In this document: piece after piece, positions 22,457 through 22,597 of the stretch
How positions within the stretch are numbered: the stretch's first letter is position 1
Layout of the letters: every line of letters starts with the position of its first letter
Source of the DNA: a bacterium
GTDB taxonomy: Bacteria > Sysuimicrobiota > Sysuimicrobiia > Sysuimicrobiales > Humicultoraceae
Reading direction: 5' to 3'
Length of the DNA stretch: 22,597 nt
NCBI GenBank assembly: GCA_041497675.1
Contig: JBGQGY010000055.1
Location: forward strand, 1-22,597
Position numbers and translations under genes: made by a program
The notes under the pieces: model-generated
Seen by the model: only the letters and a program-made list of their open reading frames with translations
What the model was told of the DNA's origin: nothing
Database searches by the model: none

Positions 22457-22597
22457 ATGGCGAAGCAGAAATTTCAGCGGACGAAGCCGCACGTGAATAT
22501 TGGGACGATCGGGCACGTGGACCATGGGAAGACGACGTTAACGGCGGCGATCACGTACGCGCTGGCCGGGGTGGGGAAGACGGCGGCGAAGGGGTAC
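22457..22597 (+). CDS. tuf: Elongation factor Tu, 3'-truncated by the window end (absent from the ORF track)
   Basis: SD GGAGG at 22446-22450. Translates as [33 protein letters not shown]... Confidence 0.98.
   Translation, partial: MAKQKFQRTKPHVNIGTIGHVDHGKTTLTAAITYALAGVGKTAAKGY

Overview
High-GC bacterial window in which every supported gene is on the + strand. It has two parts. (1) 1-7038 is an accessory catabolic locus: a 5'-truncated LacI-family regulator, an IolE/MocC-like TIM-barrel enzyme, two Gfo/Idh/MocA oxidoreductases, a DegT/DnrJ/EryC1/StrS PLP aminotransferase and an orphan family-5 ABC solute-binding protein. Two matching LacI-type operators lie in intergenic regions with near-identical layout. 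The gene set suggests a pathway for an amino-cyclitol or amino-sugar (inference). (2) 7074-22597 is the core transcription/translation superoperon: tRNA-Trp, two intervening envelope genes (DUF2269/HemJ-like membrane protein and CsgG/TolB_N-like exported protein), secE-nusG-rplK-rplA, L10 leader-rplJ-rplL, rpoB-rpoC, and L7Ae(ybxF-like)-rpsL-rpsG-fusA-tuf (3'-truncated). Several sigma70-type promoters are near consensus. The most interesting non-coding items are a terminator directly after the perfect secE-nusG promoter and long structured leaders before rplJ, rpoB and rpsL. Firmicutes-like gene order combined with non-lipoprotein exported proteins suggests a diderm Terrabacteria lineage such as Armatimonadota or CSP1-3 (inference). 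No mobile element, CRISPR array or defence system is evident. Family assignments are from motif recognition, not database searches.
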